This document shows positions 25,465-38,672 of a stretch of DNA of 64,000 nt, piece by piece. Positions within the stretch are counted from its first letter, which is position 1. Each line of letters opens with the position of its first letter. Both the position numbers and the translations under genes were made by a program. The stretch is from Paraspadella gotoi (taxonomy: Eukaryota > Animalia > Chaetognatha). Below the pieces are notes generated by a model. It made no database searches and had not been told where the DNA came from. It was given only the letters and a program-made list of their open reading frames with translations. The stretch covers positions 11,437,180-11,501,179 of the forward strand of contig CM119271.1 in NCBI GenBank assembly GCA_051294375.1. The letters run 5' to 3'.

Positions 25465-28332
25465 ATGGGGGAGACTTCGCTGCCCGAAGAACCGATTTGT
25501 GAAACGTCATCGGAAAACAAAATGGAAGCCAAAAACGAATCGATAAAAAAATGGAATTTCGACGTGAAAAAACATTTGAAAACGGACGTCAAGATAAAAA
25601 CCGAAGGAAAAAGTTCTAAATGTGATCAAGTCTTTCGTTTGAAAAAAGATTTAAAAGGACACATCATGACACCTCGTAAAGAAAAACAATTTAAATGCGA
25701 TTGGTGTTTCGCACGTTTTGAGCAGAAAAAATCATTAAAATTACATTTTATAATTCATACTGGAGAAAAACTATTCAAATGTGAGCTATGCAATAAAAGT
25801 TTTTCACAAAAAGGCATTTTAAAATTACATATTCAAACGCATACTGGAGAAAAACTATTCAAATGTGAGCTATGCAATAAAAGTTTTTCACAAAAAGGCA
25901 GTTTAAAATTGCATATTCAAACGCATACTGGAGAAAAACTATTCAAATGTGAGCTATGCAATAAAAGTTTTTCACAAAAAGGCAATTTAAAATTGCATAT
26001 TCAAACACATACTGGAGAAAAGCCATTCAATTGTGATCTATGCAATAAAAGTTTTTCACAAAAAGGCAATTTAAAATTGCATATTCAAACGCATACTGGA
26101 GAAAAACTATTCAAATGTGAGCTATGCAATAAAAGTTTTTCACAAAAAGGCAATTTAAAATTGCATATTCAAACGCATACTGGAGAAAAACTATTTAAAT
26201 GTGAACAATGCTATGAAAGTTTTTCACGAAGAGACACTTTAAATTGCATATTCAAACGCATACTGGAGAAAAACTATTCAATGTGAGCTATGCAATAAAA
26301 GTTTTTCACAAAAAGGCAGTTTAAAATTGCATATTCAAACGCATACTGGAGAAAAACTATTCAAATGTGAGCAATGCTATGAAAGTTTTTCACGAAGAGA
26401 CACTTTAAAATTGCATATTCAAACGCATACTGGAGAAAAACTATTCAAAATGTGAGCTATGCAATAAAAGTTTTTCAACAAAAAAGGCAATTTAAAATTG
26501 CATATTCAACGCATACTGGAGAAAAACTATTCATGTGAGCAATGCTATGAAAGTTTTTCACAAAGAACACTTTAAAAGTGCATATTCAAACGCATACTGG
26601 GAGAAAAACTATTCAAATGTGAGCTATGCAAATAAAGTTTTTCACAAAAAGGCAATTTAAAATTGCATATTCAAACGCATACTGGGAAAAAACTATTCAA
26701 ATGTGAGCTATGCAATAAAGTTTTTCACAAAAAGGCAATTTAAAATTGCATATTCAAACGCATACTGGAGAAAAACTATTCAAATGTGAGCAATGCTATG
26801 AAGTTTTTCACGAAGAGACACTTTAAAATTGCATATTCAAACGCATACTGGAGAAAAACTATTCAAATGTGAGCATGCAATAAAATTTTTTCACAAAGAG
26901 GCAGTTTAAAATTGCATATTCAAACGCATACTGGAGAAAAACAATTCAAATGTGAGCAATGCAATAAAATTTTTTCACAAAGAGCAGTTTAAAATTGCAT
27001 ATTCAAACGCATACTGGAGAAAAACATTCAAATGTGAGCAATGCAATAAAAAGTTTTCACGAAAAGACACTTTAAAATTCAATTCAAACACATACTGGAA
27101 AAAAACTATTCAAATGTGAGCAATGCAATAAAACGTTTTCACGAAAAGACACTTTAAAATTGCATATTCAAACACATACTGGAGAAAAACTGTTCAAATG
27201 TGAGCAATGCAATAAAAAGTTTTCACGAAGAGACACTTTAAAATTGCATATTCAAACACATACTGGAGAAAAACTACTCAAATGTGAGCAATGCAATGAA
27301 TGTTTTTCACGAAAAGAACATTTGAATTATCATGTTCTAACGCATTCTGGAGAAAAACTATTTAAATGTGACCAATGCAACAAAAGTTTTTCACGAAAAG
27401 GGTCTTTAAAAATGCATATTAAAACGCATACTGGAGCAAAGCCGTTCAAATGTAAAATATGCGACAAAAGTTTTTCCAAAACAGGCTCTCTAAAATCACA
27501 TAACTTTACTCATACTGGTGAAAAATTATTTAACTTTGTAGAATGCGATAAAAGTTTTTCACAAAAAAGCTCTTTAAAACTTCATACCAATTTAGTTTCT
27601 CATAATCATATTCGTGCTAAAGTTAAAGCATTAAAATATGAATTGACCAGCGAAAGCAGTTCACAAAAAACTGATTTGGGTAAAAGTATGTTTAAAGGTG
27701 AAACGGATAAAGAAAGTTCTTCAGTGAAAATTTCAGTCAAAAAGGATTCCTTCATTCAAACTGAAAGAAAAGATTTTAAAAACGAATTTTGGAAAAATGA
27801 AATGAAAGATTTAAAAGAAGACGTGATAACTAAAACGGATGAATTTCAGAAGTTAAGCGAGTGTTTTTCAAATGGAAATGAAATGATTCGGCATACCTCA
27901 ACTCATTCAGAGAAAAAGTTTTCATGCTTTTCATGCTACATCACTTTTTCCAAAAAGCATACGTTAAACCGGCATTCTTTGATTCATTGCAAAGAAAAAA
28001 GATTTGAATGCAAACTTTGCGACAAACGGTTTCGTCAGGAACATAATTTAAAGCGACACTTTTTGACTCATACAGCGGAAAAACATTTCAAATGCGAAAT
28101 TTGCAATAAGGAGTTTTCTTCAAAATCCAATTTAAACCGTCATGAAAGAATTCATAAAGGAGAGCTGCCGTTTAAATGTGAAAAATGTAACAAATGTTTC
28201 GTGACGAAGAGCAATTTGGAACGACATGATTTAAGCCATACTAAGGAAAAATTATTTAAATGCGAAGTTTGCGAAAAACGATTTTCTATGAAATATTCTT
28301 TGAAACATCATCTCTTTCTACATGTCGATTAA
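25465..28332 (+). CDS. Long C2H2 zinc-finger protein with internal 84-bp tandem array (apparent frameshifts at ~26240-27100)
   Basis: ORFs 25465-26286 and 27160-28332 are joined by continuous finger repeats with 1-2 bp indels. A second block of 5 divergent fingers follows a spacer. Confidence 0.85.
25755..27440 (+). repeat. Coding minisatellite, 84-bp unit, ~20 copies
   Basis: CATACTGGAGAAAAACTATTCAAATGTGAGC...TTAAAATTGCATATTCAAACG is repeated nearly identically. Confidence 0.95.
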
Positions 28333-30073
28333 AATATTTAGAATGGGACATGTTAACTCGAAACTTGATTGTTAAACATTACTAATACTCAAATTTTTAT
28401 TATCGTTTGGGGCCTTGAAGAGACTAACGATAATCAAGGGAATCTTTGTTTTTTTCCTGTTAATGAATTTATGTGTGGGAAAACATTTTTATAATTCATC
28501 AATATTTATTATGGAGAAGTCATTTTTCAAGTTAAGAGATTTTTGATAATTTAATCTTTTAAATCAGTAATGTTACTAATTAGTAATTACGATTAGATTT
28601 TTGGAACAATCTTTCTTTATACTTTGCGATGGGCTATGGAACTCTCGGGGAGCTGTAACTGAAACTTATCTCCGTTGATATTGAAATATTCTACTTACAA
28701 ATTATTAAACCTACGTTTATACCATATCTGTCTTTTAAATTTTGCCAGTGGAAGAATGAAGTCAGTCAAAACTTTTAATCATAACAATAGATCATTTGAT
28801 TTTTTTAATAGTTATATTAAATTTTAAGCTGACAAGAGGCTATCAAATGAAACTAAATATTGTTTAATTTTTGGTCTAAATTTGTTCACGTTAAGAATAC
28901 TGAGGCGACTTACTTATTATTATTATTATGTAAGAGATGATTATTTAATATGATCTTAAATGAGATTGAATCTCTCAATCTCATTTACATATTGCAGTAT
29001 TGAATCTAAATGTGTCTAATTTCCTTTTGGATTTTGATATTAGTTCTGTTTCAGGGTTTTCTAGTAGCTAAATATAGTCTTTAGCAATGTTAATAATAAT
29101 GTCATAGTAATATTTTAACTAATTAATTAATAACAATACTTTAAGATTTTATTACTTAAAGATTTTACTTGCTAATATTTAGTGATTTCTTTATTTGTTC
29201 AGAAGAACCATTATTCAGCTTTGGTTTTGGGGACGCACTCTCTTGTCCATTTCTCCTTATCAAAGCTCAATCAGCATAAGATTAACATCTCAACAGTTAA
29301 TCACTAATAGTGCTAAATTGTGTTCAATAAGGTCTAAGCACAATATAATAGAGATAAATAAATAGTGTTTGTGTTTCCATTTCTCTACTTCAGGCAAAGC
29401 TAACTAGCTATACACATTAAAGACAGTTTATATAGTAAGCGAGCATTCTTAACCGATGCCAAGTCAAGTCAACATTCCATCAAGAAAGATATTAATGAAC
29501 ACTGAACCTTTTGGTACCTAGTTATATGCCTATCTTATCACAGGCAAACAACACCCCCTTATAATTATTTTCGTCTTCTACAATACTATAAAAAGTATGC
29601 AGTATTAACTAAGGGTTCTTTGGATGGGCTTTTCATTTCGTAAATATGTCACCTAAAAACTGAGAAAAAACTGCAAAAAACTATTGCGACGCCGGTAGTG
29701 TTACATTCTGATCATGGTTAAACTCGTCGTCCCGGATTCGAACTGATGACCTGATGACCTGATGCAACGCCGCCAAGCGGTTATGACGATAATTGTCTTT
29801 ATAACTTAATTAGCTGAAATATATATCTGCAGACTACCTAGGTAACTTAAGATGCAACTATGAAAAAAGAATCACGTCGATTTTAGACAAAATATGATTT
29901 TTTTTATGTACAAGTACATACAATGGGTAACAAAAAAAAAAATATGCAAATAAAGCAAGCTAACCGTAATATCAATAACCAAACGAGAAATTATCACAAT
30001 TTTCGAATCTAACGAAATGATTGGTGATCGCTATCGAAAAGGCATCAAATGAAATCGTCCACATTTTTTTATT

Positions 30074-31702
30074 TCAAGCCCTCGACCACAACAACAAGTC
30101 TCTCTCTTCCCCTAAATGCGGCCCCTCCAACCTGAACGCCAAGTAAATGATCAGTCCCGACCCGTACAGCGCCATGGTGAACACGGACAGCTGAAGCGCC
30201 CCCTTGGCGTGACGCCGTCCCACGTCCGGTTTCCCGCGGCTAAAGGCTCGGGCCGCCAAGCAGGAAAGAATCAAGCAGATGGCGCCGAGCGGCGGACAGA
30301 GCAGCAGCGTCACGACGCTGATCTCGCGCCACGTTTGACGCGGCGTCTCGGGCTCCACGCGAGTGACGAGTCGGCGCGGCCGAGTGGGCGTTGCTTCGAC
30401 GAACGACGGAGGAGGTGGCGCGCCGGTTTCCGGATCGAGGAGGCGCTCGAGTTTGAGGGATTCGTTGACGACCGGGATGTAGCCTTCGATGACTGGAGGA
30501 GGTGGTGGACCCGGGTAGAAGACTTCGGGATGGGGATTCGGGCGGCGTCGCTCGTTGTCGCGGGGGAGAGTGCTGTATGGCGGTGGAGCTTCCTCGAAAG
30601 GAGGGTCGGAGGGTTGAGGAGTATTGTCGGAAGTGGCGGGGGTGTTGGCCGGTTCTTGAGGGGAAGGAGAGTCGACGAGGCGATTGGGGAGAATGGTCGA
30701 AGGCGAGGAAATGGCATTCGAATGCGGAGTAAGCGGCGTCATGGGCGGCGTTGGAATTGAGGGGGTCCTCGGGGAGATTCTTGAGGGAACGTTGGAAGAA
30801 GAATGCCTCGAGGGCGTCCTGGAGATAACCGGCGTCGCCGTTTGAGTCGTTGAAGGTGAGTAGGAGTCGGAATTTCTCGTCGACGTCGTCGTGGGCGATC
30901 CTCTCGAAGAGTTTCGCCGATTCATCTCCCTTACATCGACGGACGGTGCGTTCAAATCTCCGCAGCGTCTCGTCCTCGGCATGGCGATGTCCTGACCCAA
31001 ATTCCTAGCGGCGGAAGAACTTCGAGGTCTCGAGGGTCGAGTGGATCGTCGAGACGATATTCGATGATCGGGACGGCGGAGGTTGAGGTGGGGGTGGGAG
31101 ATGGATGCGACGGGGATGGCTGAGTGATGATGAAAAATTATTAATTAATATTATTAAATAGATAACTAACAAATTAAATTATAAAAATAATAATAAATAA
31201 TAATTACAAAAATTAAGGAAACAAAACGAGAATTAAATGATTAATATATAAATAGTAAGAAGTAATAGGTATTGTTACAAATGTAAAAATTAAATTTATC
31301 AAGAATTAATAAACTGAGAAAAAAATAGTTGATATCCGAATGAATAAATGGATGGAATTAATGAATAAAAGAAATAAATAAATAAATAAAATAATAAATT
31401 AACGAAAAAACTAAATGTTTGAATGTATTAAATAAAATGTATTAAACATTTTTCTCTTCGTTCTACTCACTCCAAATCGGCGTCGCTCCAGCGGAATGCG
31501 TCGCTCCAGCGGAATGCCTCGCGTGCGGCGTCGGCCTCGACGCGGCCTCCGGCGTCGTCCACCGACCCGCTGACTGCGTCGGCGTCGCGACGCCGGGCGA
31601 AAGTCGCGCCACTCGATCGTTGACGCTCGTGGGAGATTCGAGATCGGCCACCTCTGGTCGACGATGAGAGGAGAAGAGCGACGCTAAGAAACGCGCCGCC
31701 AT
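30074..31702 (-). CDS. CD225/dispanin-family proline-rich transmembrane protein (PRRT1/SynDIG4-like); exons 31702-31471 and 31119-30074
   Basis: A GTGAGT donor and a CATCACTCAG acceptor join in frame. Long Pro/Ser-rich N-terminus with PPPY; C-terminal CD225 pattern ISVVTLLLCPPLGAICLILSCLAARAFSRGKPDVGRRHAKGALQLSVFTM followed by a TM helix. Confidence 0.85.
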
Positions 31703-32354
31703 TTTTGTTTTGTTTTTTGTTTTTTTAGCGAGGATTTTGCTTATCGCTCTTCTAGATTATATGTGATTTGGTTTGTATTGTTTATTATTGTTTATNNNNN
31801 NNNNNNNNNNNNNNNNNNNNNNNNNNNNNNNNNNNNNNNNNNNNNNNNNNNNNNNNNNNNNNNNNNNNNNNNNNNNNNNNNNNNNNNNNNNNNNNNNNNN
31901 NNNNNNNNNNNNNNNNNNNNNNNNNNNNNNNNNNNNNNNNNNNNNNNNNNNNNNNNNNNNNNNNNNNNNNNNNNNNNNNNNNNNNNNNNNNNNNNNNNNN
32001 NNNNNNNNNNNNNNNNNNNNNNNNNNNNNNNNNNNNNNNNNNNNNNNNNNNNNNNNNNNNNNNNNNNNNNNNNNNNNNNNNNNNNNNNNNNNNNNNNNNN
32101 NNNNNNNNNNNNNNNNNNNNNNNNNNNNNNNNNNNNNNNNNNNNNNNNNNNNNNNNNNNNNNNNNNNNNNNNNNNNNNNNNNNNNNNNNNNNNNNNNNNN
32201 NNNNNNNNNNNNNNNNNNNNNNNNNNNNNNNNNNNNNNNNNNNNNNNNNNNNNNNGTCGTCGTAGTTTTCGTCGTCGCCATCGTTCTCATCGGCGTCGTC
32301 GACGTCGTTGTAGTTTCTGTCGCCAGGACGACAATAAGGGTCAAGAAACAACCA

Positions 32355-32398
<44 letters not shown>

Positions 32399-34128
32399 AT
32401 ATCTAATATTTCAAGTTATTAACTCCATAGACAAAGAAACTATAATTTTCCAGTTTTCTGTCAATCAATCAATCAATTCTCAGATATCTTTCCCTTCGGC
32501 TGAGCGACTGACATCTGGTTTATCGGGGAGCGGCGGCCAAGAGTTTTTCCAGTGACGTTTTTAACGGTCGTCGATCGGGAGTCGGCCAGTTAGTCACTTG
32601 GTCGGTCTGTCTTATGGACGGAGTGTACGTAAATTGATTGTACAATTGTACAATTCGATAAGTTATTGAAAGCTGTTCAGAAGTCGTTTTATACATAAAT
32701 ATTTTTTTCAGACTTTACACGATTTTTAACGTAATTTTACGCCTTTCATGTGGGAANNNNNNNNNNNNNNNNNNNNNNNNNNNNNNNNNNNNNNNNNNNN
32801 NNNNNNNNNNNNNNNNNNNNNNNNNNNNNNNNNNNNNNNNNNNNNNNNNNNNNNNNNNNNNNNNNNNNNNNNNNNNNNNNNNNNNNNNNNNNNNNNNNNN
32901 NNNNNNNNNNNNNNNNNNNNNNNNNNNNNNNNNNNNNNNNNNNNNNNNNNNNNNNNNNNNNNNNNNNNNNNNNNNNNNNNNNNNNNNNNNNNNNNNNNNN
33001 NNNNNNNNNNNNNNNNNNNNNNNNNNNNNNNNNNNNNNNNNNNNNNNNNNNNNNNNNNNNNNNNNNNNNNNNNNNNNNNNNNNNNNNNNNNNNNNNNNNN
33101 NNNNNNNNNNNNNNNNNNNNNNNNNNNNNNNNNNNNNNNNNNNNNNNNNNNNNNNNNNNNNNNNNNNNNNNNNNNNNNNNNNNNNNNNNNNNNNNNNNNN
33201 NNNNNNNNNNNNNNNNNNNNNNNNNNNNNNNNNNNNNNNNNNNNNNNNNNNNNNNNNNNNNNNNNNNNNNNNNNNNNNNNNNNNNNNNNNNNNNNNNNNN
33301 NNNNNNNNNNNNNNNNNNNNNNNNNNNNNNNNNNNNNNNNNNNNNNNNNNNNNNNNNNNNNNNNNNNNNNNNNNNNNNNNNNNNNNNNNNNNNNNNNNNN
33401 NNNNNNNNNNNNNNNNNNNNNNNNNNNNNNNNNNNNNNNNNNNNNNNNNNNNNNNNNNNNNNNNNNNNNNNNNNNNNNATTGCAAATTGATCCATATTCT
33501 CCTAATCTCGAATGGGGACCGTATTTCGGAATGTTCGTTGAGCCGTATTCCTTATTTAATTATATTTTCAAAAAGGATTTAGCCTCATATTTTTTCGTAA
33601 ATCTATTTTTTTAGGCGGTTAACCCTATTAGTCTCGTTAATACCGTGTATTCCTGTTCTTCCATACTTCTACAATCTGCAGAGCTGTATGGATTTTATCT
33701 TCTAGTATTACTGTACTTATTGTTTAGTAGTTTTTCTTTAACTTAATCTCAAGCGTTACAAATTAAACTAAATCGTTGTCCCAAGAAACCTGTATCACGA
33801 AATTCGCATTTTAAAACGGTTCTCAATATTGGGATATTACGTTATTACAATGTTCTTATTGCCAACCATCGTTTCGATTTACATTTGTGTCCCACTNNNN
33901 NNNNNNNNNNNNNNNNNNNNNNNNNNNNNNNNNNNNNNNNNNNNNNNNNNNNNNNNNNNNNNNNNNNNNNNNNNNNNNNNNNNNNNNNNNNNNNNNNNNN
34001 NNNNNNNNNNNNNNNNNNNNNNNNNNNNNNNNNNNNNNNNNNNNNNNNNNNNNNNNNNNNNNNNNNNNNNNNNNNNNNNNNNNNNNNNNNNNNNNNNNNN
34101 NNNNNNNNNNNNNNNNNNNNNNNNNNNN

Positions 34129-34164
<36 letters not shown>

Positions 34165-34568
34165 CACCATTAAGCGCCTCGACGAACATTCAAGGATTAG
34201 CGAAACAAAACAGCTCAAGACGAGACGCGTTTCCAATACAAGTGGAGGATTAACAGTAGTGGTTTTCATACCGTAGTGGAATGCATTATGGGTTTTGTTC
34301 CTATGGAAATCGATACCGTAGTGCCTTGTATCAGAAGTTTAACTCGTACATGTATGTATGTAAAAATGGTGGCGTGATTCGAAGACGATGTCTAATATGG
34401 CTTTATGTTAAAAACAAACATTATAATATAAAATCGACAAATATCAATTCAAGTTAACAAAGTTTTAAAGATATATAAATAAACAAACTTAAAATAATTG
34501 TTTTCCCATAAGCGGCTTCTTGTCCGTCCAGATTTTCCTTGGCCATTCGAGGCGGCGACGACTACAAG

Positions 34569-34604
<36 letters not shown>

Positions 34605-35511
34605 ATTACGATATTCGAGCAATTTCAGAAAACGTTCAACGATCGAGGACAACAAAGAAGGACAAGGAAGGACAAGGACGATGTAACCTTTTAAATCGAA
34701 ATCTGCAAATTGGCCGATGAGAAAAATTCGCGTTGAGCCCGTAAGGTATTCGCGTTGAGCGATCGAAAGCTCAGACGAACGATCGAATTTACGAATAAGA
34801 TTGGGGGGGGGGAAATCGAATTACGAGGTACATTGTCGGCTTCGTTGTCGTCGTCGTCGTTGTCGGCTTTTTCGGGAGTATACCTTTGTCATTTTCGGTG
34901 ATGACAAAAACTTTTTTAAAATAATCTTAATGTCTGTCTTTATCATTGAAATTGTTTCTGACAATGAAAGATCAAATTATATCACAAATATCTTTTTTTG
35001 GTATTTTATCATGTAATATATTGTTATAAAGTAAGTCTCCTTCGAATTAAACGTACTCATTTCGTCGTCTTATTCATGTTCGTCTTCGTCGTCCTTTTTG
35101 TCGTCGTCGTCATCATCTTTGTTGTTCTCTTCCGAGTCGCCATTCGTCCTCCATTTTTAGAATTGTCTGGACGACGAAAACAACGACGACGACGACGACG
35201 ACGATGAATTTAAACTTTTGTTTCTCACGAAATCATAAAAATTTCTCGATCATTGGGACAAATGAGAGAGAGCAGACTGGAGGAATGAAGAGGATGAGAG
35301 ATGAGAAGAAATGAGAGAGAGTAGAGAGAGAGAGATGAGAGAGAGATAGAGAGAGAGGAGAATAAGTTAAGCAATTTTCCCAGCCCACGTCTCAGTCCAA
35401 ACGCGCGGAGGATTTGCCGCGTTGTTATTGATGTCGAAATTTGCGTCAGGAACGCCTCTCTCTCTCTCTTCTCTCTCTGAGATATGTCATCTTCTCAAAT
35501 CCTCCGCCCGC

Positions 35512-37272
35512 GGGGCGGCTCTAGGGGCGGCCCCAGGGGCAGACCTTATTCCAGGGGGAGCAGCAAATGGTCATTGAGGGGCGCCCCCTAAATAGACCCA
35601 AAACGTTTGCCCCAGGGAACCCCCCTGGGGCGGCCTCCTGGGCCAACAAATAGTCTTGCCCCTGCGTGGGTAAGCCCTTGGGGAGCAAAAACAAAGTGCT
35701 CCCCCAGGGGCGAAGACGTTAAGGAGAGAGCAAAGTTAGATTAAGAAAAATTATACTTTCTGACAATGTTATTGTATTCTGAGAATATCTCTCCCTGTCT
35801 GTTTACTTCTCTCTCTCTCTTCTCTTTCTCTTTCTCTCTCTCTCTTTTTTTCTTATCTGTTTCTTTTTCCTCTCTTTTATTTCCTTTCTCTCTCTCTATC
35901 TTTTCCTCTCTCATCTTATCTTTCAACGACTTGTTTTATGTAACTAAAAAAAATATATTATTTTTTCAATTATTTGTTAACATGAAAAAATTTTTTTTTT
36001 TATTTATCGATTTGTACATTAATAATTTGTTTGTCAGATTGCCCTCAGATGAACTCACGTGTTGAGAAAGGCTGTATGGTTTGATGATAGAGGAAAGTGA
36101 GCAAAACTTTATATTTCTAGCTAAGTCCACACTTTCTACCCACTAACAAGATTTTATTCCAATCCATATATCTAATCATGAATAATTTGAGTTTAATGCT
36201 AATGAGGATTGGACTTAAATGACTGGTGATAATTAATAATTAACTAAATTAATTAATTAATAATTTTTATAATGTGAATTAAAATTAATAAAACCATCCT
36301 ACTATTTATTCTAACTATTTAAAATTTTCATAATGAATTAAATAAATATCTTTGTGTGTGGGTAGAAAAGTATGTAAGTGAAGTGAGTTTTATAGGAAAA
36401 AACAAAAAGTCACATTTACTTGAATTTTATTTTAAAAAATTTTCTCACTTCTTTCTCTCTTTTCTCATTTTTTACAGATGAAATTTAATAATAGGCTAAT
36501 TGTTAAGTTGATTGTTGACCAAATTACGCCATGTTGACCAAATTATGCAACGTTGACCAAATATATGACAGTTGACCAAATTATGAAATAGTTTACCAAA
36601 TTATGAAAGTTTTACCATAATATAAATTAGTACCAAATCTAAAAGTTTACCAAATTTCTAAAAAGTGATCCAAAATTTATATCAGTTGACCCAATTATGA
36701 AAGTTTACCCAAATTATGAAGGTTAACCAAATATGCAAGTTGACTAAATTATAACAAAAAATACTTAAAATTATGCCAGGTTGCACCAAATTTGTTAAAG
36801 GTTGACCAAATTATGAAAGTTGACAATTATAAAAGTTGACCAAATTATATTCATGTGACCAAATTATTGTCAGTTAACCAAATTATGTCATTGACTAAAA
36901 TTACTGCAAGCTTGACCATATTTGGTTCCAAATATGATTGCATTGATTTAATTGAAGTGAAAGTTATTTTGATTTTTATAATTTATTTTAAATAAAGCAT
37001 GAAAAAGAAAAGAGATAGAGAAAGAGAGTGAGATGGAGAGAGAGAAATAGGAGGGGAGGAGAGAGTCGTTTCCAGGGGGCAGGCCAAATTCATTCCCCCT
37101 GGGGGGAGCCCCCCAGCGGGAAAGGTTTTTTTCAAGCCCCTGGGATTCCCTTCTGAGTGGCCCCTTCGGCGGCCCAAAAAAAGAGGCTACAGGGGCCGCC
37201 CCTAGGCCAGGTATAGGATTGCGCCCCCGGGGCCGCCCCGGGGCCACCCCGAGGGCCGCCCTAGCAGCGCCC
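35512..37272. mobile_element. Non-autonomous TIR element with internal minisatellite
   Basis: Left end GGGGCGGCTCTAGGGGCGGCCC and right end GGGCCGCCCTAGCAGCGCCC form an imperfect inverted repeat. There are GC-rich CCCCnGGGG subterminal blocks at both ends. Confidence 0.55.
36512..36925. repeat. ~19-21-bp minisatellite (GTTGACCAAATTATG core)
   Basis: About 20 degenerate tandem units. Confidence 0.85.
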
Positions 37273-37304
37273 TCCGGGGAGGCGATTCGAAGATGAACAT
37301 ACTT

Positions 37305-37342
<38 letters not shown>

Positions 37343-37693
37343 CCTCCCCACGATAATTAAAGCGTTCGTTCGAACATTTCCCCGTTGAAAGGATGAAATT
37401 TTGGATCGCTCGTCCCGTCGTTTCAACGTCCGATTCGTGAAGGATCGTCTCTCGAGTGATTTCGGCCGATGAATGAGCTTTTCTTCTATTTGTACGATTT
37501 ACAATTTACAATTTACAATATACATACACGGGTTAAAGTTCCAATCTCTATCCTATCTCTAGAATTTTTATCTTGATTATTTTTATAAGTTCTAAACTCG
37601 TTTTAATTGTGACGATAAATCGCTACTTTAGACCGTCCTAATGACGAGAAAGAGATAATAAAACATGGTAATTAACCAATAACCATGTCGACA

Positions 37694-37740
<47 letters not shown>

Positions 37741-38672
37741 TTCGTCTTCACCGTCTTCGTCGTCGTTATCGTTTTCGTCGTCGTCGTCGTTAATCTCATT
37801 TGCATATTGCGGTAATTCTTTGTTAACGTTCTCGACAGTAAAAGAACGTTACGAACGTTACGAACATTACTAATTACTAATTAATAAAAAAAACATTCAT
37901 GATCTTGAGCCTCCAAACAAAATCTTATAAATATTTTTATTAATTAAGGTATTAAACATCATTTAATATCAGTCGGCAAGAGTCGGCGGTTAATATCTGT
38001 TTATAATAAAAGCGACAATTAGCTTTAGAAAAATTATTCTCCCCCAGAGTTTTTCATATTAAAATATAAAGTTTTTTAAAAAACTCTCTCTCTGGATTGT
38101 TCAAATGATTCAATTGATTTTTACCGATGAAAGATTCAAGTTAATTTTTAGTTGTTATTTGAAAAAAAAAAAGAATTTTACTTTCCTCGTTAATTACTCA
38201 AGCTTAGGATCACCGTTTCATCTCGGGCTCGGGTCCTTGAGAATATACAGATGTGAAGCTGAGTCCCTTCGGTCATACTCGAAGGCAATTGTCACGAGAA
38301 TTATGAATTAGTTCATAACATTTTATTCAGGAGTCCATTTTGTCAATACTGTTTTTGGTATTAATAAAAAATAAAAAAAATTGTCACGAGATTTAAAAAC
38401 TTAAAAACACTAATAAGTAAATTTTTTCCCTCGAGTACGACCTGCTATTAATATATGTTATATATAATGTTAACCTTTTTTTTGTCGGTCAAACTCTCGG
38501 CGAAATGAGTTTTCCCTTCAACGTTTTCTTTTTTTTTTTCTTTTTTTTTTACGTTATCGCGCGAAAATCCATAAAAGCGCGAAGAAAAAAAAAACCATCA
38601 GGGAAGAGACGAGAGTCTCTGAGGTTACATTCACGCAGCGGTTACATTCAGGCCTAGATGGTTACATTCAGT

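Noticed and set aside
30116-30760. Alternative-frame ORFs overlapping the dispanin exon
   Set aside because: Shadow ORFs of a GC-rich coding exon.
31757-34276. Long ORFs containing X runs (also at 41.1-41.9, 43.2, 59.9-61.1 and 63.2-63.9 kb)
   Set aside because: They are open only because of assembly N gaps.
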